Source: Octopus vulgaris
Taxonomy: Eukaryota
DNA length: 64,000 nt
Direction of reading: 5' to 3'
Assembly (NCBI GenBank): GCA_951406725.2
Contig: OX597823.1
Coordinates: forward strand, 108,004,001 to 108,068,000
Shown in pieces: positions 41,165 to 54,351 of this stretch. The position numbers and the translations under genes are program-made. The notes under the pieces are model-generated. The model did not search any database. It worked only from the letters and a program-made list of their open reading frames with translations, and was not told the origin of the DNA. The stretch's first letter is position 1, and the number at the start of each line of letters is the position of its first letter.

Positions 41165-41488
41165 CTTATCACAATAAAGCGTGTACGCGTGTGTACATAG
41201 CTATGAGTCGTTTATTTACACCAATTTCTATAATATTACAATGGCGTTTTTTTGGTCTAAAAATCTATCTCACTGAGAAATTGCTTAAATTAGTCAGCGA
41301 AGAAGCCTCTGTGTGATCATACGATCTGTTAAAATTATCAGCGAAATTACACTCAGCAACCTTAGCATTTTTAATGAAGGAAGGTTACAAAAATCTTCAG
41401 ATATGGAGCTCCTACGTGATCGTCCGTCGATCGCAAATGTGTGAAACTCGAGTCGCATGAAAAACAGTTAAGTTGAAATGAACTACAG

Positions 41489-42025
41489 ATACATACATAC
41501 ATACATAAATACATAAATACACACACACATACATACATGCATACGTACATACATTCATACATACATACATACATTCATACATACATACATACATACATAC
41601 ATACATACATACATAAATACACACACACATACATACATGCATACGTACATACATTCATACATACATACATACATACATACACACACACATACATACATAC
41701 ATAAATACACACACACACACATACATACATACATACATACATACATACACACATACATACACACATACATACACACATACATACATACATACATTCATAC
41801 ATACATACATACATACATACATACATAAATACACACACACATACATACATGCATACGTACATACATTCATACATACATACATACATACATACACACACAC
41901 ATACATACATACATAAATACACACACACACACATACATACATACACACATACATACACACATACATACATACATAAATACACACATACATACATACATAC
42001 ACCTATACACATACACCCACACATA
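41489..42025. repeat. (CATA)n/(CA)n microsatellite with higher-order units
   Basis: The block acataaatacacacacacatacatacatgcatacgtacatacattcatac occurs three times. Confidence 0.92.
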
Positions 42026-42296
42026 CGTCCATTCATTCATACGAATATACAAACGTGTGCATACATACATACATGCATATATGTATGTCTATCTATCTAT
42101 CTGTACACACATACATTTGTATTCTTTTATTGTATTACTTGTTTCAGTCATTCGACTGCGGCCATGCTGGAGTACCACGTATGTGGTTTACTCATATTGA
42201 AAGGACACACACACACACATACACTCACACACTCACTCACACACACATACACACACACACAATCACACACACATAAAGACACACGCGTGCACACAT

Positions 42297-42335
<39 letters not shown>

Positions 42336-42870
42336 TTATTTTAAAACAAAGGGGCCAATAAAATAGCTTGCGGTGGAGTGTAGGGTTTCCGACGGGGGAT
42401 GGTAATTGTGTGATATAGACACACATACACACAAATATACACTTCATATACATACACACACACACACATACACACATACACTATACACGCATATATACAT
42501 ACACGCGATGAAGGAGAGAGTGTGTAAATAGAGTAGTTTTGAAAAGAAATTCAACAAGTGGTGGATCCATTGTTAAACTGTAGCCGAATATTATAGAAAT
42601 AATGCACAATATGTTGGAAGGTTGGGCGGAGTTGAAATGAGGTGTGTGTGGGGCAGGTGGCGCGGAGGGGGGAAAGGAGCGGTTTGTGGACATGTGGCTG
42701 TTGCACAAGGAAACGGAGAGAGAGAGAGAGAGTGTATGTGTATGGGAGAGTATGTAGGTAAAGTTAAGGTCAATGGGTACAGTAACTGGCCTGATGAATG
42801 CTGGTCACTGCTGAAGAAACAAAGAGGGTGAAGAATATTAATTTATTCTCTAAACAATATATGATGCGTT

Positions 42871-42901
<31 letters not shown>

Positions 42902-43272
42902 GTGTATGCATGTGTGTCTCTGTGTGTGTATGTATATATATATATATATGTATGTTTTTTTGTATGCGTACATATATTGGTACACACGCGCATTTGTATG
43001 TATATGCATTGTAACAAAATCTATATGTTGCCATCATTACTGGCAGAAAGATAAACAAAAAATAAAATAGAATAGAAATAAAAACAACGGTTTCTACACA
43101 ATATTATTTCAATAATAATATTCAATTTAAGTATTAGCGTTCAGTCAACATATTGGGAGGTTCTTATTGATTGACCAATTAAAGGGCAACCAGGTGAAAA
43201 ACAAATGTGTATGTACATATAAACACATACGCACACACATGCTTATATCTAATGTATAGGTACATAAGTATA

Positions 43273-43308
<36 letters not shown>

Positions 43309-43406
43309 CTCATATATAAATATGTACGTATATAAACGCATCTATCTATATATATATATAACAAATGATAGAGATGGAGAATGGAATATACGAGAAAGTT
43401 TATTGC

Positions 43407-43510
43407 TCACTACGGTCGTTTCGACGCATCCTGCATCGATTCCTCGCGGGTGGAATACTGTGCCACTGGTTGTGGTGCATCTCTCCGCGCAGCCGCAGCT
43501 CCTCAGGTGA
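43407..43510 (-). ncRNA. Type-I hammerhead ribozyme motif, family H4 (element ~43360-43575)
   Basis: Minus strand: tcac-CTGAGGA-[long GC-rich insert g...c]-GAAA-c gacc g-TA-gtga, followed by gcAATAAA and then (TA)n. Confidence 0.78.
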
Positions 43511-43620
43511 TGTTATAAGATGAACGTGCTTCATCGGCTTACTACTAGGAACAAAACCAACACTTAAATATTAATATGTGTGTGTGTGTGTAATTATGTC
43601 TATATATATATTGAATGAGG

Positions 43621-43926
43621 TGGAGGCACATGGCCTAGTGGTTAGAGCAACGGACTCGCAGTCGAGGGATCGCAGGTTCGAACCTCAGACCGAGCGTTGT
43701 GTGTGTTTATGAGCGAAACACCTAAGCTCCACGCGGCTCCAGCAGAAGGTACTGGCGAATTTCTGCTGACTCTTTCGCCACAAATTTCTCTCACTCTTTC
43801 CTCCTGCATCTTGCAGATCACCTGCGACGGACCGGCGTCCACTCTAGGTGGGGAACCTATACGCCAAGGAAACCGGAAACCGGCCCTTATGAGCCAGGAG
43901 AGGCTCGAGAAGGAGCAAACAAAACA
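43621..43926 (+). mobile_element. SINE family B variant with a different 3' half
   Basis: Family B tRNA head; tail ggggaacctatacgccaaggaaaccgg..gagaaggagcaaacaa; TSD atattgaatgag. Confidence 0.88.
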
Positions 43927-44176
43927 ATATTGAATGAGAGGTGCTTGCTCTTATGCGTTTAAAAATAAAAGCAAATGCTGTTTTCCTAGCCATATGAACC
44001 ACACACACACAGACACACACATACACATACACTTATCTGCATGTAAACACACAGACATTTAAACACATGCAGATACATTTTGCCTACATACAGAATCACT
44101 TGTACACGTGCGCGCAAGTGCGTACAGTCAATCAGAGAAAACCAATGATGACGTTGATAATAAGGATGAAAATGAA

Positions 44177-44719
44177 GGCGGCGAGCTGGCAGAGTCGTTA
44201 GCACGCCGGGCGAAATGCATTGCCTTTCATCCTTTCGGGGTCGATAAATTAAGTACCAGTTACGCACTGAGGTCGATATAACCGACTTAATCCGTTTGTC
44301 TGTCCTTGTTTGTCCCCTCTATGCTTAGCCCCTTGTGGGCAATAAAGAAACACGAATTTCGTCTGCCGTTACGTTGTGAGTTCAGATTCCGCCGAGGTCG
44401 ACTTTTCCTTTCATCCTTTCGGGGTCGATAAATTAAATACCAGTTACGCACTGGGGTCAATGCAATCGACTTAATCCGTTTGTCTCCTTGTTTGTCCCCT
44501 CTATGTTTAACCCCTTGTGGGCAATAAAGAAATGCGAAACGTTAACACGCCGGGCGGTAATTCGTCTGTCTTTATGTTCTGAGTTCAAATTCCGCCCAGG
44601 TCCACATTGCCTTCTATCCTTTCAGGGTCGATAAGTTAAGTACCAACTGCGTACTGGGGTCGATCTAATCGACTGACCCCTTCCAAAAAATTTTGGACGT
44701 TGTGCCTAGAGTAGAAAAG
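44177..44719 (+). mobile_element. SINE family A trimer within a single TSD
   Basis: Three tandem units; the direct repeat aataaggatgaaaatgaag lies at 44159-44177 and 44720-44738. Confidence 0.9.
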
Positions 44720-45289
44720 AATAAGGATGAAAATGAAGTAAATGCAGAAAGAAGGAGCAGATGGTATGATGCCTTTGTACATTGTGACGATGGTTTGTAT
44801 CGGTTGGACCCATGTGGATATATTGAAAGATTTGAACGTGCTGAATAATCTGAGTGCTTTCTCTTGAGTGCCAATATGTCAGGTTGCTGTCAAATATAAG
44901 CCCCAGCTTTTAGAAGTGTATTACTATTGTGAGCAGTGACTGTGTCTTTGTTATATTCAATACCAGATGTGAGGTTGTATTCAACCAAAACTGTTATTTA
45001 AAGTGTCGTGTTTGTTTTGTATGGATTGAATGTGGAAAGTATGGCTGAATAGATTTTAACTCCATTGAGTCTAGGCTTATATGCGAAACTACAGCAGGAA
45101 TGTTTTCTGCGCATGTCATTAGTTTGACATAATTAGATAGGACGAAAGAGTACGTCTAGGACAACTAATATATATGATGTGTTTTGTTTGATTTTTATTT
45201 AAGTCATAAGAGACAATCTTTAACAAACGACGCATTTTTATGTATGAAATGTGTGTATGGTGTTGTTACTGTAGCTGAAAATACTGAAC

Positions 45290-46250
45290 TATTCACATAA
45301 GAATCTAACATGGAGAAATTTGGAAACGTTTTACTAATCTTCACTGTGCCACAAGGAGATTGGATTCGGAGAAACCACCAGTTTCTTTTGCTCTTTCTTC
45401 GTGAAACCGAGTATTTCGAAGATTCTGTGCAAATTTGTTGGTACATAACCCAATGTACCTATGATGATAAATACAAATGAGAATTTAAAGTCAAAGTACA
45501 AGAGCTGTAAGTTCCGATTCAATTCACCATAAATGTTCTCTTTTTCCTGGATTTTTCATTGTACATTGCCATCCACTGGGCAGCTGACATCTACAACAGG
45601 GCATGACTTTTGTTCCCTGTCCGACAGAAAAATATCAGGTTTGTTATGGTTTTATTGGAGTGTTCCATCAGTTTTTGCTTTTAAAGGTGTGAATACCTAC
45701 TGATTCTGACATATCTTTGATGTATATATCAAGGCGGTCCTTCCTGCGGATAGCATTGTAAATAGTCTTTGAAACTATATCATGCCTCAGGGGCATGTAG
45801 TATCTGTTAGAATTTTTGAGGCAGCTGCTGGTGATGTGACGGATAGCAGAACCATCATTTTTTAAAATCACAACGTGGAAGTTTGATGGTATCTTTGACC
45901 CTATTGTTTATCAGATATTTAATAATTATTCCCTGTTCCTCGATAACGAAGTCATATCCTTCTGGGTGGGATGAAATGTATCTATCACAGGTCCAGGAAA
46001 GGCTACTCTTGCAGCTGCTGTTGCCCTCTAGCTTACTGGATATGCACCCTTGCATTGCTTTTTGCAGGTATAATGCTTGCTTCTCCTCCAAGCTTCTATT
46101 TAGGTTAGCCAGTGCAGCCACCTTTGGGTCACGGGAGGTTTGTATTCTCAGAGTATCTGCACAGTTCTTCTCCAAACCTGAAGATGTTGCTCTCACTTTT
46201 GAGTATGCCTGTAATATACTCATTTCTTTCTTTATTGTTCTGCAGGAGAT
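45290..46250 (-). mobile_element. RLE-type (R4/NeSL-like) LINE C-terminal remnant
   Basis: HITSSCLK..YMPLRHDIVSKTIYN, NKPDIF..VVDVSCPVD, NRNLQLLY.DFKFSFVFIIIGTLGYVP, GTVKISKTF. Confidence 0.85.
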
Positions 46251-47023
46251 ACCTGAGTGATACAACGCGACATTCAAAAGCTCTTTGGACTGACATTATG
46301 TATGCACCGCGTGTGTACCGTTGGCAATTTTTCCCCTCCGTCTTCCCTTCCTTGGATCTTTCCTTTTCCTATGTTTCTCTGAAGGATGTAAAGAAGGCTC
46401 AGCTTGTTTACAGAAATCAGAGATCGAAAGGTATATTAATAAGTATGTTTAATATATATATAATTTGAATAAATATTTTTATTTATGTGATATGCATGTT
46501 TTATGAAGATTACATTAGCATCGTCACATGATATATTTTTCAGACTGTGCAACATAAGTGTCAAGAACACAAGTCTGGCAAAGAAACCAAATCTAAATTG
46601 AGTACATAAAAGAATGATGTAAATAGATAAAGTAGATCGCAGTCGTTTATATTGACCAAAATGTTGGGATTGTATGCTGGACTGAGCTTTATCTGCAATG
46701 CCTTGTGAGTGTTTGTCAAAGAAAGAATTTATTATGTATATATGAGTGTGTGTGCTTGTTTGTCCCCTACAGCTGACTATGTGGTGTGTTTACTGTAAGC
46801 TTGAAAAGAGCATAGAATAAGTCTTTCAAAGAATAATTATTTCTGACTAAACTGTAGATTCATCAAATAGATGCTGGTGAGATGATAAGAAGATAAGCGA
46901 TCAAAAAAATTTGATGTTCTTCATGACCAGACATATATTTAATAAAAATAATTATTAATAATAAAAGTTCATAAGCTGATATCTGATTTAGAAAATACTA
47001 ACAATAATTAGAATTGATAATCC

Positions 47024-47060
<37 letters not shown>

Positions 47061-47326
47061 TATGTATATTTTATGTGTACTGTATGTATTATTTGTATTA
47101 TACGAAGATCAAGAAGAAAACATAGACATTTAGTACAGTCACACAGTTATGCAGTTTGTGTGTAATATTCTTTTATAATATATAATTTTGATTAATTTCA
47201 TTTGTTAGAAGATATGTAAAATGACTGGCCCTATTCAGAAAAGTTTTTATTGTTTATGTATCCAAAAATTCGTTATAGAGTACAATTGTCCCTCTCTTCT
47301 TTTAATTTTATTTTATTTTTGCCAGG

Positions 47327-47372
<46 letters not shown>

Positions 47373-47790
47373 CTATAAACACACACATATATATCTATAT
47401 GTACATATAATATATATGTGTGTGTATGTGTGTTAGTTCTTATATTATATTTGTAAATATATCATCTGTATATATATTATATATCACACTTTTATTGCAC
47501 TGTGTTAATTATTATATATATATATATATTGTACGTATATATGTATATGTCGCTATTTGTTATGTGCGCATTATGGGTGCGAGCACATGTGTATAGCAGC
47601 AGAGTATATGTAATACCTCGTTGAAATCATTCAGTTTAGTAAATACAAAACTGAGTTATCATGATGTTAACTGCTTTCAAATATGGTATATTCGCGTGTG
47701 TGTCTGTATTTATATATAATTCACTATCACTACTCTTTCTCTCTTTCTCCTCTCTCTATCTTCTATTTTTTTCTATCTCTCTATCTCTTA

Positions 47791-47836
<46 letters not shown>

Positions 47837-48212
47837 CATAGTATAAATATATATCATATATGTGTATTTGAGCATTATTTTCTAGTGCAATGGATTTTAT
47901 GATACATATGTAATTATGTTGTTATTTTGGCGTGAGTCTTCATACACAACAGTTGCTATATGTGTCTGAGATTCCTATTTTGAACATTTATTACCTTTTC
48001 CGTTTCTCTATTTCAAGGTTTTCAATTCGAGAATATGTTCTCTTTTTTTATGTATAAATGCTTAAAGATTTATAACGACAAATGCGCAAAAAGAAAAGAA
48101 ATGTAAATGAAAAAAAATAGAAAGGGACTGATTTGACCTGCGAAAGATGGGATCCTGATGTCTGATATTGTTTTGTGGTCTTGAAAACTTATTTTAAAAT
48201 TATTTATTAGCA

Positions 48213-48259
<47 letters not shown>

Positions 48260-48302
48260 CATATGTGTATTTTCATATGTATGTATGTATGTATGTATGA
48301 AA

Positions 48303-48800
48303 GAGGGTGGAAGGAAAGAAGAAAGAGAATTAAAGAAGAAATTTATAAACAAATGGAGAGTAAATATTAGATATTGTGAAAGAATAGAGTTTTTTACGCA
48401 GCTATTATAATGATATTATTTGAAATATGAAAGTTTTTTTTGTATATGTTTACAGTGTATGTTTAGGATTACTAAGGGGAAATGTTATAAATTTTCCAAT
48501 CCATTGTTTATTAGCTTTTAGATGAAATTAGTTTAATTTCAGATATAGAATTATATTTATTAATGTATTTAAATGTAGAAATGTGATCCATACATTCTTT
48601 TTTCTATAGATGAGTCCAATATAAAAGATTTCTTTAGATTGCAGTAATTTTACATTACAAATACACACATTCAACAGACCACCATATACTCTCAAAATAT
48701 CTGGTGAACTTGTGTGACTTGATGTATACATGTATAAAAATATCATGCATTAATTACAAATATTGTCATATTTATTAAAATGTATGCCATATTTTGTATA
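48303..48800 (-). repeat. Inverted, deletion-rich copy of the adjacent Penelope-like fragment
   Basis: The reverse complement aligns blockwise to 48870-49630 (e.g. taaagaaatcttttatattggact, atttactctccatttgtttata). Confidence 0.85.
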
Positions 48801-48869
48801 TATTATATTTATTATTATATGTTTAAAAAATAAAATATCCTTTAATGGAAGTGAAATACAATATTGAGT

Positions 48870-49630
48870 AAAAATATGGCGACATTTTGAAATAAATATG
48901 ACAATATTTAGTAATTAATGCAATGATATTTTTATACATGTATACATCAATAACACAGGTTCAACCATTACTCAGAAGTTCATTTAGATATTTTGAGAGC
49001 CCAGATTTCCATTTTATGCTGAGGATTTTTAAGTGCTACCCATTCTAGCTTAACACACACATCGCCTGGTCTGAGATTCGAACCCGCGATCCTTCAACCA
49101 CAAGTCTGCTGCTCTAACCAACTAGGCCATTCTGCAAACGTAGTTTACCAATGTAAAATTACTGCAGGATCTAAAGAAATCTTTTATATTGGACTTTCAT
49201 CTATAGAAGTAGAATGTACTGCGAATCACATTTCTACATTTAAATACATTAATAAATATAATTCTATAGGTCTTAGTAAACTAATTTGGCATCTCAAAGA
49301 CTCTAATAAACAATTTTCTTTGGATTGGAAAATTTTATCTGAGCATTTCTATGATAAAGGGAGACCCTTCTGCCTTCTTTGTACAAATGAACAACTACTT
49401 ATCCTTTTTTCCAAACATACACTGTCAACATCTCTAAATAATGTGTTTATAGGTATTTACATTGGAAAAAACACTCTTTCAGCTATTTCAAATAATATCT
49501 ATTACCTAATAGTCACAACTTAATTTTATTCTTTTTGTTCTTTCAGTCATCTTTTCTATCCATCAATATTTACTCTCCATTTGTTTATACCTCCATTTCT
49601 TCTTTAATTCTCTTTCTCTCTTTCCTTCCA
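48870..49630 (+). mobile_element. Penelope-like element fragment encoding a GIY-YIG endonuclease
   Basis: From ~49134: ANVVYQCKITAGSKEIFYIGL (GIY-YIG), then ANHISTFKY..LSKLIWHLKD..FSLDWKIL..GRPFCLLCTNEQLLIL; ends in (TA)-rich sequence; a minus-strand SINE B head is inserted at 49052-49132. Confidence 0.85.
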
Positions 49631-49729
49631 TGCTCATGTCCTATATATCTATGTATATATGTTATAAATATATATATATATAATATATATATATTTATAT
49701 ATTTATCTATTTATACAAGTGTATACACA

Positions 49730-49792
<63 letters not shown>

Positions 49793-50310
49793 ATATCTGT
49801 ATACGTGTTATTTTGAGATAGTGTCTCTGTTACTGAGTGTTTGTACAAACTTTATTCACATTTCTTCATAGCAATCATCTTTTGGAAATATTTATTGTTG
49901 TGCGACCACTGCTGAGTTATTCAGCGTTCATACACCTGGGCCTTGCTTTAAAAATGTCTTAACAAGAATGGGAATCAGAGTGAGCTGACATTCAAAAGAC
50001 TTATTAAATTCATATTGAAATGACAAAATATTACGAAAGCCTTTTAATGGCCAAATATAACATTATATTAATTGTGTGCTTGCTTTAGGTAAGGTATTCC
50101 GTTCCATAGTGTAGAACATACGTTACTAGCAAAAATTGGGTGGCAGTAACTGGGTTTCAAATCTCGGTTACAAGCATTCCACTTTTCATGCTTAATGCTT
50201 CCGTGTATGTTATGAATGTCAAAGTTTTATTTCACTTTTTCTTTGAATATATATATGTGAGTGAGTAACTTTAATTAAAGGTCTACTCAGAAATAAAAGG
50301 TGATGTAGAG

Positions 50311-50496
50311 CAGTGCTCCGCAACCATTTTTCTCTCGCGGTACACTAATATTCTTTTCAAAATTTGGCGGCACACCTGAAAGAAAAATATAACTAGAAGT
50401 ATAGGGGAAAAAATTATATTCAGGTTGCATTACAGTACACTTAGTAACATCTCGTGGCACACCACTGTGCCGCGGCATACTGGTTGTGGAACACTG
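50311..50496. mobile_element. hAT (Charlie-like) MITE
   Basis: 15-bp TIRs cagtgctccgcaacc / ggttgtggaacactg; 8-bp TSD atgtagag / atgtagac. Confidence 0.85.
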
Positions 50497-50504
50497 ATGT
50501 AGAC

Positions 50505-51061
50505 ACACAGCTTCTGGAGTCGCTAGCATGGCACTCTACTAGCAGACTGGTCGGCAATTCATATCCTCTTAAGCATATGAGACATACAGCATCTCGAAAG
50601 AGTCCAGAAGCTGGCTACCCGCCTGGTTCATGGTCTCAAAAATTTGTCCTACGAAGAAAGGCTGAGGACGCTCGACCTTTATTCTCTAGAAAAATGCCGC
50701 CGCCGTGGTGATATCATTCTCGCCCACAACATCATAAGCGGAAAGTGTAACCTCTCGAAAGAGCTGTTCTTCACTCCTGCTCCAGAGCGTCGGCTGCGGG
50801 GTCATTCCGAAAAGCTCTACCTGCGACGATTTCATCTCAATCGAAGGAGAGGAGCTTTCTCCGTCCGGGTTGCGGATCCGTGGAACAAGCTGCCAGACGA
50901 GATGGTGAAGATGCCGACGACCGCTTTGTTCAAAGCCTCCCTGGACCTCAAGTGGCCTGAACTCTTTACATGAACACCACCCTGTACTTAACTCCATGTC
51001 CCCCTACATGGCCTTGCTATTTGCTTTTGAGCCAAATTAACTAACTAACATAACTAACTAA
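50505..51061 (+). mobile_element. CR1-clade LINE 3' end (ORF2 C-terminus, 3'UTR and (TAAC)n tail)
   Basis: LSYEERLRTLDLYSLEKCRRRGD..RLRGHSEKL..FSVRVADPWNKLP..FKASLD, stop at 50973; tail taactaactaacataactaac. Confidence 0.92.
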
Positions 51062-51465
51062 ATATACATTTATGAAACATAGATATAATTTCATAACCTG
51101 GGACGTGCTGGAACTGTAGTCATTAAAACCTGAACGTGAACCTTATATCATAATGTCATGCTCAGTCTTCTTTATATTTGTTAATAAGGACTTAATTCTG
51201 GTTTTCTTTCTTTCAGAATCTTGTAAAATATTACTGATAAGTTGCAAGAGAGATGAAACTAGTAAGCTTGATCCTCATTTAAATTTACTGAAAAGTCTTA
51301 TTATTTAAACACCGGTTCTAATTTCACACTCAGTCAAATATATTAATTTAAGCATATAGATATAACTTAGTGCATCACACATACATTCATACATATCTAC
51401 TCATATACATAAAAATATAGATATATGTGTGTGTGTATGCGTGAGTGTGTGCGTGTATACACATA

Positions 51466-51735
51466 CATATACATACATACAAACATACATACATACAAAC
51501 ATACATACATACAAACATACATACATACATACAAACATACATACATACATACATACATACATACATACATAAATACATAAATACATACATACATACATAC
51601 ATACATACATACATACATACATACATACATAAATACATAAATACATAAATACATACATACAAACATACATACATACATACATACATACATAAATACATAA
51701 ATACATACATACATACATACATATATATATACATA
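51466..51735. repeat. (CATA)n microsatellite
   Basis: Interrupted tetranucleotide run. Confidence 0.92.
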
Positions 51736-51971
51736 TGGGTAATTCAGTAGCAACTTTTCTTTGATGTATATGTAGTTTATCCGTTTAATACAGCGGTTCT
51801 CAGCATAAAATGAGTAAACAACATTTCAATGGATAGTGGTTTACAAATGCTCCCACCTTAATTATGAGAAAACGGAGAGAAAAATAATTAAAAAATATAA
51901 AAATAAAAAATAAATGCAGATTATTTTGATCCAACAGATGTTAATTTTACGCAATAACGTTTTACCCATAA

Positions 51972-53343
51972 CACAATGTAACACATGTTTTGTTGATTCA
52001 TATAGGCATTTTTTGCCACTAAATTAAAAAATCACATTCGTTTTGACGTAACATCGATAGTTATCTATTATTCCTAATTACGTTGTGTAATTTCTTATCT
52101 TATCCTATCAAAAAAACCCCGCTTCTTATTTGTAACTTTTCTCCACAGCACTTTGTTGGTTCAACCTATTCTAGTATTGCAAGGATAATTACACAACATT
52201 TAGTACTTTTTCATATATTGAAAGGTATTTAAAAAGTATAATATTAGTTAGAACAAAAAGAAATAATAAAACTCTGCACTGTAAATGCCTTGATAACTCT
52301 TTTCTTAAGATGAGAAGTGCTTTGACGATCGAGATTTTATGGAGTGTATACCTTCATTTCTTCTGACTAGAGACCATTAATAATCTCCCAACATAGCAGT
52401 ATCCCATCGTCCTTGGTATCTTCTTTCCATAGTTGCAATGTCCTGATGAAATCTCTCACCATGATCCTCACTTCATGGCGTTTCCAGTATACAGATGTCT
52501 TTCAGTCTTCCCCCAGTAGATTCCATCCTTCAACCTTGATGAAAGAAGTTCAGCTCCTGACTTAGTAAGACCCAGATCCCTGATTTAATCATCTAGCTCA
52601 CTCTGATTTGGAAAGTGAGGCTCCGAAGTCGTTCTTGGTACGAAAGCTTCCTCCATTTCTTGGCTGCTGCTACTTGTTGACTCTTCAGATGAAATATTTT
52701 CTGGTGGTAGTGGTACCCGTAAACTGTCATCATGTGGGACAGGTGTTCTAGATGATGGTATGTCTGGATACTGAAGAGCTTGTCTTCCTTTCACTTTTCT
52801 GTACTTTGTCACATCGATCATACAAAAGTAACAGTCATCGTGATGGTTCTTTGGCTCTCTCAATACCCTTGGAATGGCAAAAGGTATTGACCATCCTGTA
52901 CCTCTTAACCATCCTTCTAGAGTAGATCGACAGCTACCACGTATCACATGTGGGGTCCATGGTTTGTCCTGGTCACCCATATCTGTACGCTATCCACAAT
53001 TTGGCACCTTTCACGATCTTATGTAATACCTGCTTTTTCCAATATAATAACCACACACATAGCAAAATGTATCTGGAGAATTTTTACATACTCTAGTAGC
53101 CATCCTGAAAGTAGCACAACTTAGTAATTGGTCTGAAAGAAAAAATTAGACATACCTTTAGTAGTAGAACATTATAACAATACCGAATATATAATAACAT
53201 TGAAAGTCGACATATATTTTTTAAATGTTGATGATACACAAAAAACAATTTCATTTTTGGAATCAGCAGAAAAAATGGATTGATAAACAATAAAAAAAAA
53301 AATGCAATAAACAAATAATTTTTTTGAAAATTGTTACGTTGTG
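51972..53343 (-). mobile_element. Internally deleted Chapaev3-like (CMC) DNA transposon with both ends
   Basis: TIRs cacaatgtaac / gttacgttgtg and 3-bp TSD TAA (51969-51971, 53344-53346). ATG at 53103: MATRVCKNSPDTFCYVCG..GDQDKPWTPH..REPKNHHDDCYFCM..IRDLGLTKSGAELLSSRLK, fused to EDHGERFHQDIATMERRYQGRWD. Superfamily assignment is from recall. Confidence 0.82.
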
Positions 53344-53841
53344 TAATTTCTTATCTTATCCTATAAAAAAAACCCCGCTTCTTTGGGGGATATTTACATA
53401 GATTAGTGACCTCTAGGTTAAATTTGTACAGAAATTGCTGAAGAAAGCAAAGACCTACATGATAAAAATTATACAGGAGCTGGGTGCATCATCACTATCA
53501 CTCTTTTCATATTATAATCCTACCAGTGGTTGTTTTGTTTTTGTAAATCTATTTAATTAATATAAGACCTGGTTTAAATATTCCCTCCTTGTGAGCGTAT
53601 AATGTTCCTAACAGGCTTGCAAGAAGACGGATTAAATATTTTTCCTAATTATATACACTTCACCTCAAATAAAATTAAATAGACTCAGTAAGAGGCTTCT
53701 ACTTAGTCGGTTGATCCACCAAAATTATACGAAGTGCACACTTAATATATTCTAGGAAAAAGAATCCTTAAAAATCTCAATTTTAGACTCATCGAGTAGA
53801 CTTAGTTTTAAGATCCTTTATAAAGTGCCAGGGGTCCTATA

Positions 53842-53874
<33 letters not shown>

Positions 53875-53876
53875 AC

Positions 53877-53927
<51 letters not shown>

Positions 53928-54351
53928 GGGAGGGAGAAAGAGATGTGTGTATGTGCACGCGCGTGTAAAATGATATATAATTATAATAAGGTCTTGGCTT
54001 TCACGTAGACGACATAATTGGTATGGAGAGGGAAGAATTACATGCGAGGACAACTACTCTTCTTTGGTAAGAAAATAGATAATCTTGCCTAAGCTTTATA
54101 AAGGAGCTCTCTATAAAGGAGCTTACCAGCTGTACATTCTTAATCACATATGACATACGAAGATCTCGGATGAGGTTTAAACATTATCAAGGATAATCTT
54201 TACACATCTGATATTTACAAGTTTTTCTGTTATTGCTTTAGTTGAGCCCCTGATCAACTCTGACCAAAGGGACCTAGGATAAAGCGTGTTCTAGCCATGC
54301 CCATCTTTTCTTTTCTCCTCCAGAGTGTATCTAAGACCACTTGATCTAACT

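Noticed and set aside
46290-46385. Another hammerhead element (also 1315-1410)
   Set aside because: Resembles H1-type flanking sequence, but no ribozyme core is present.
46385-46610. Two-exon coding fragment
   Set aside because: The acceptor derives from repeat-like sequence, the donor is weak, and joined frames stop quickly with no recognisable product.
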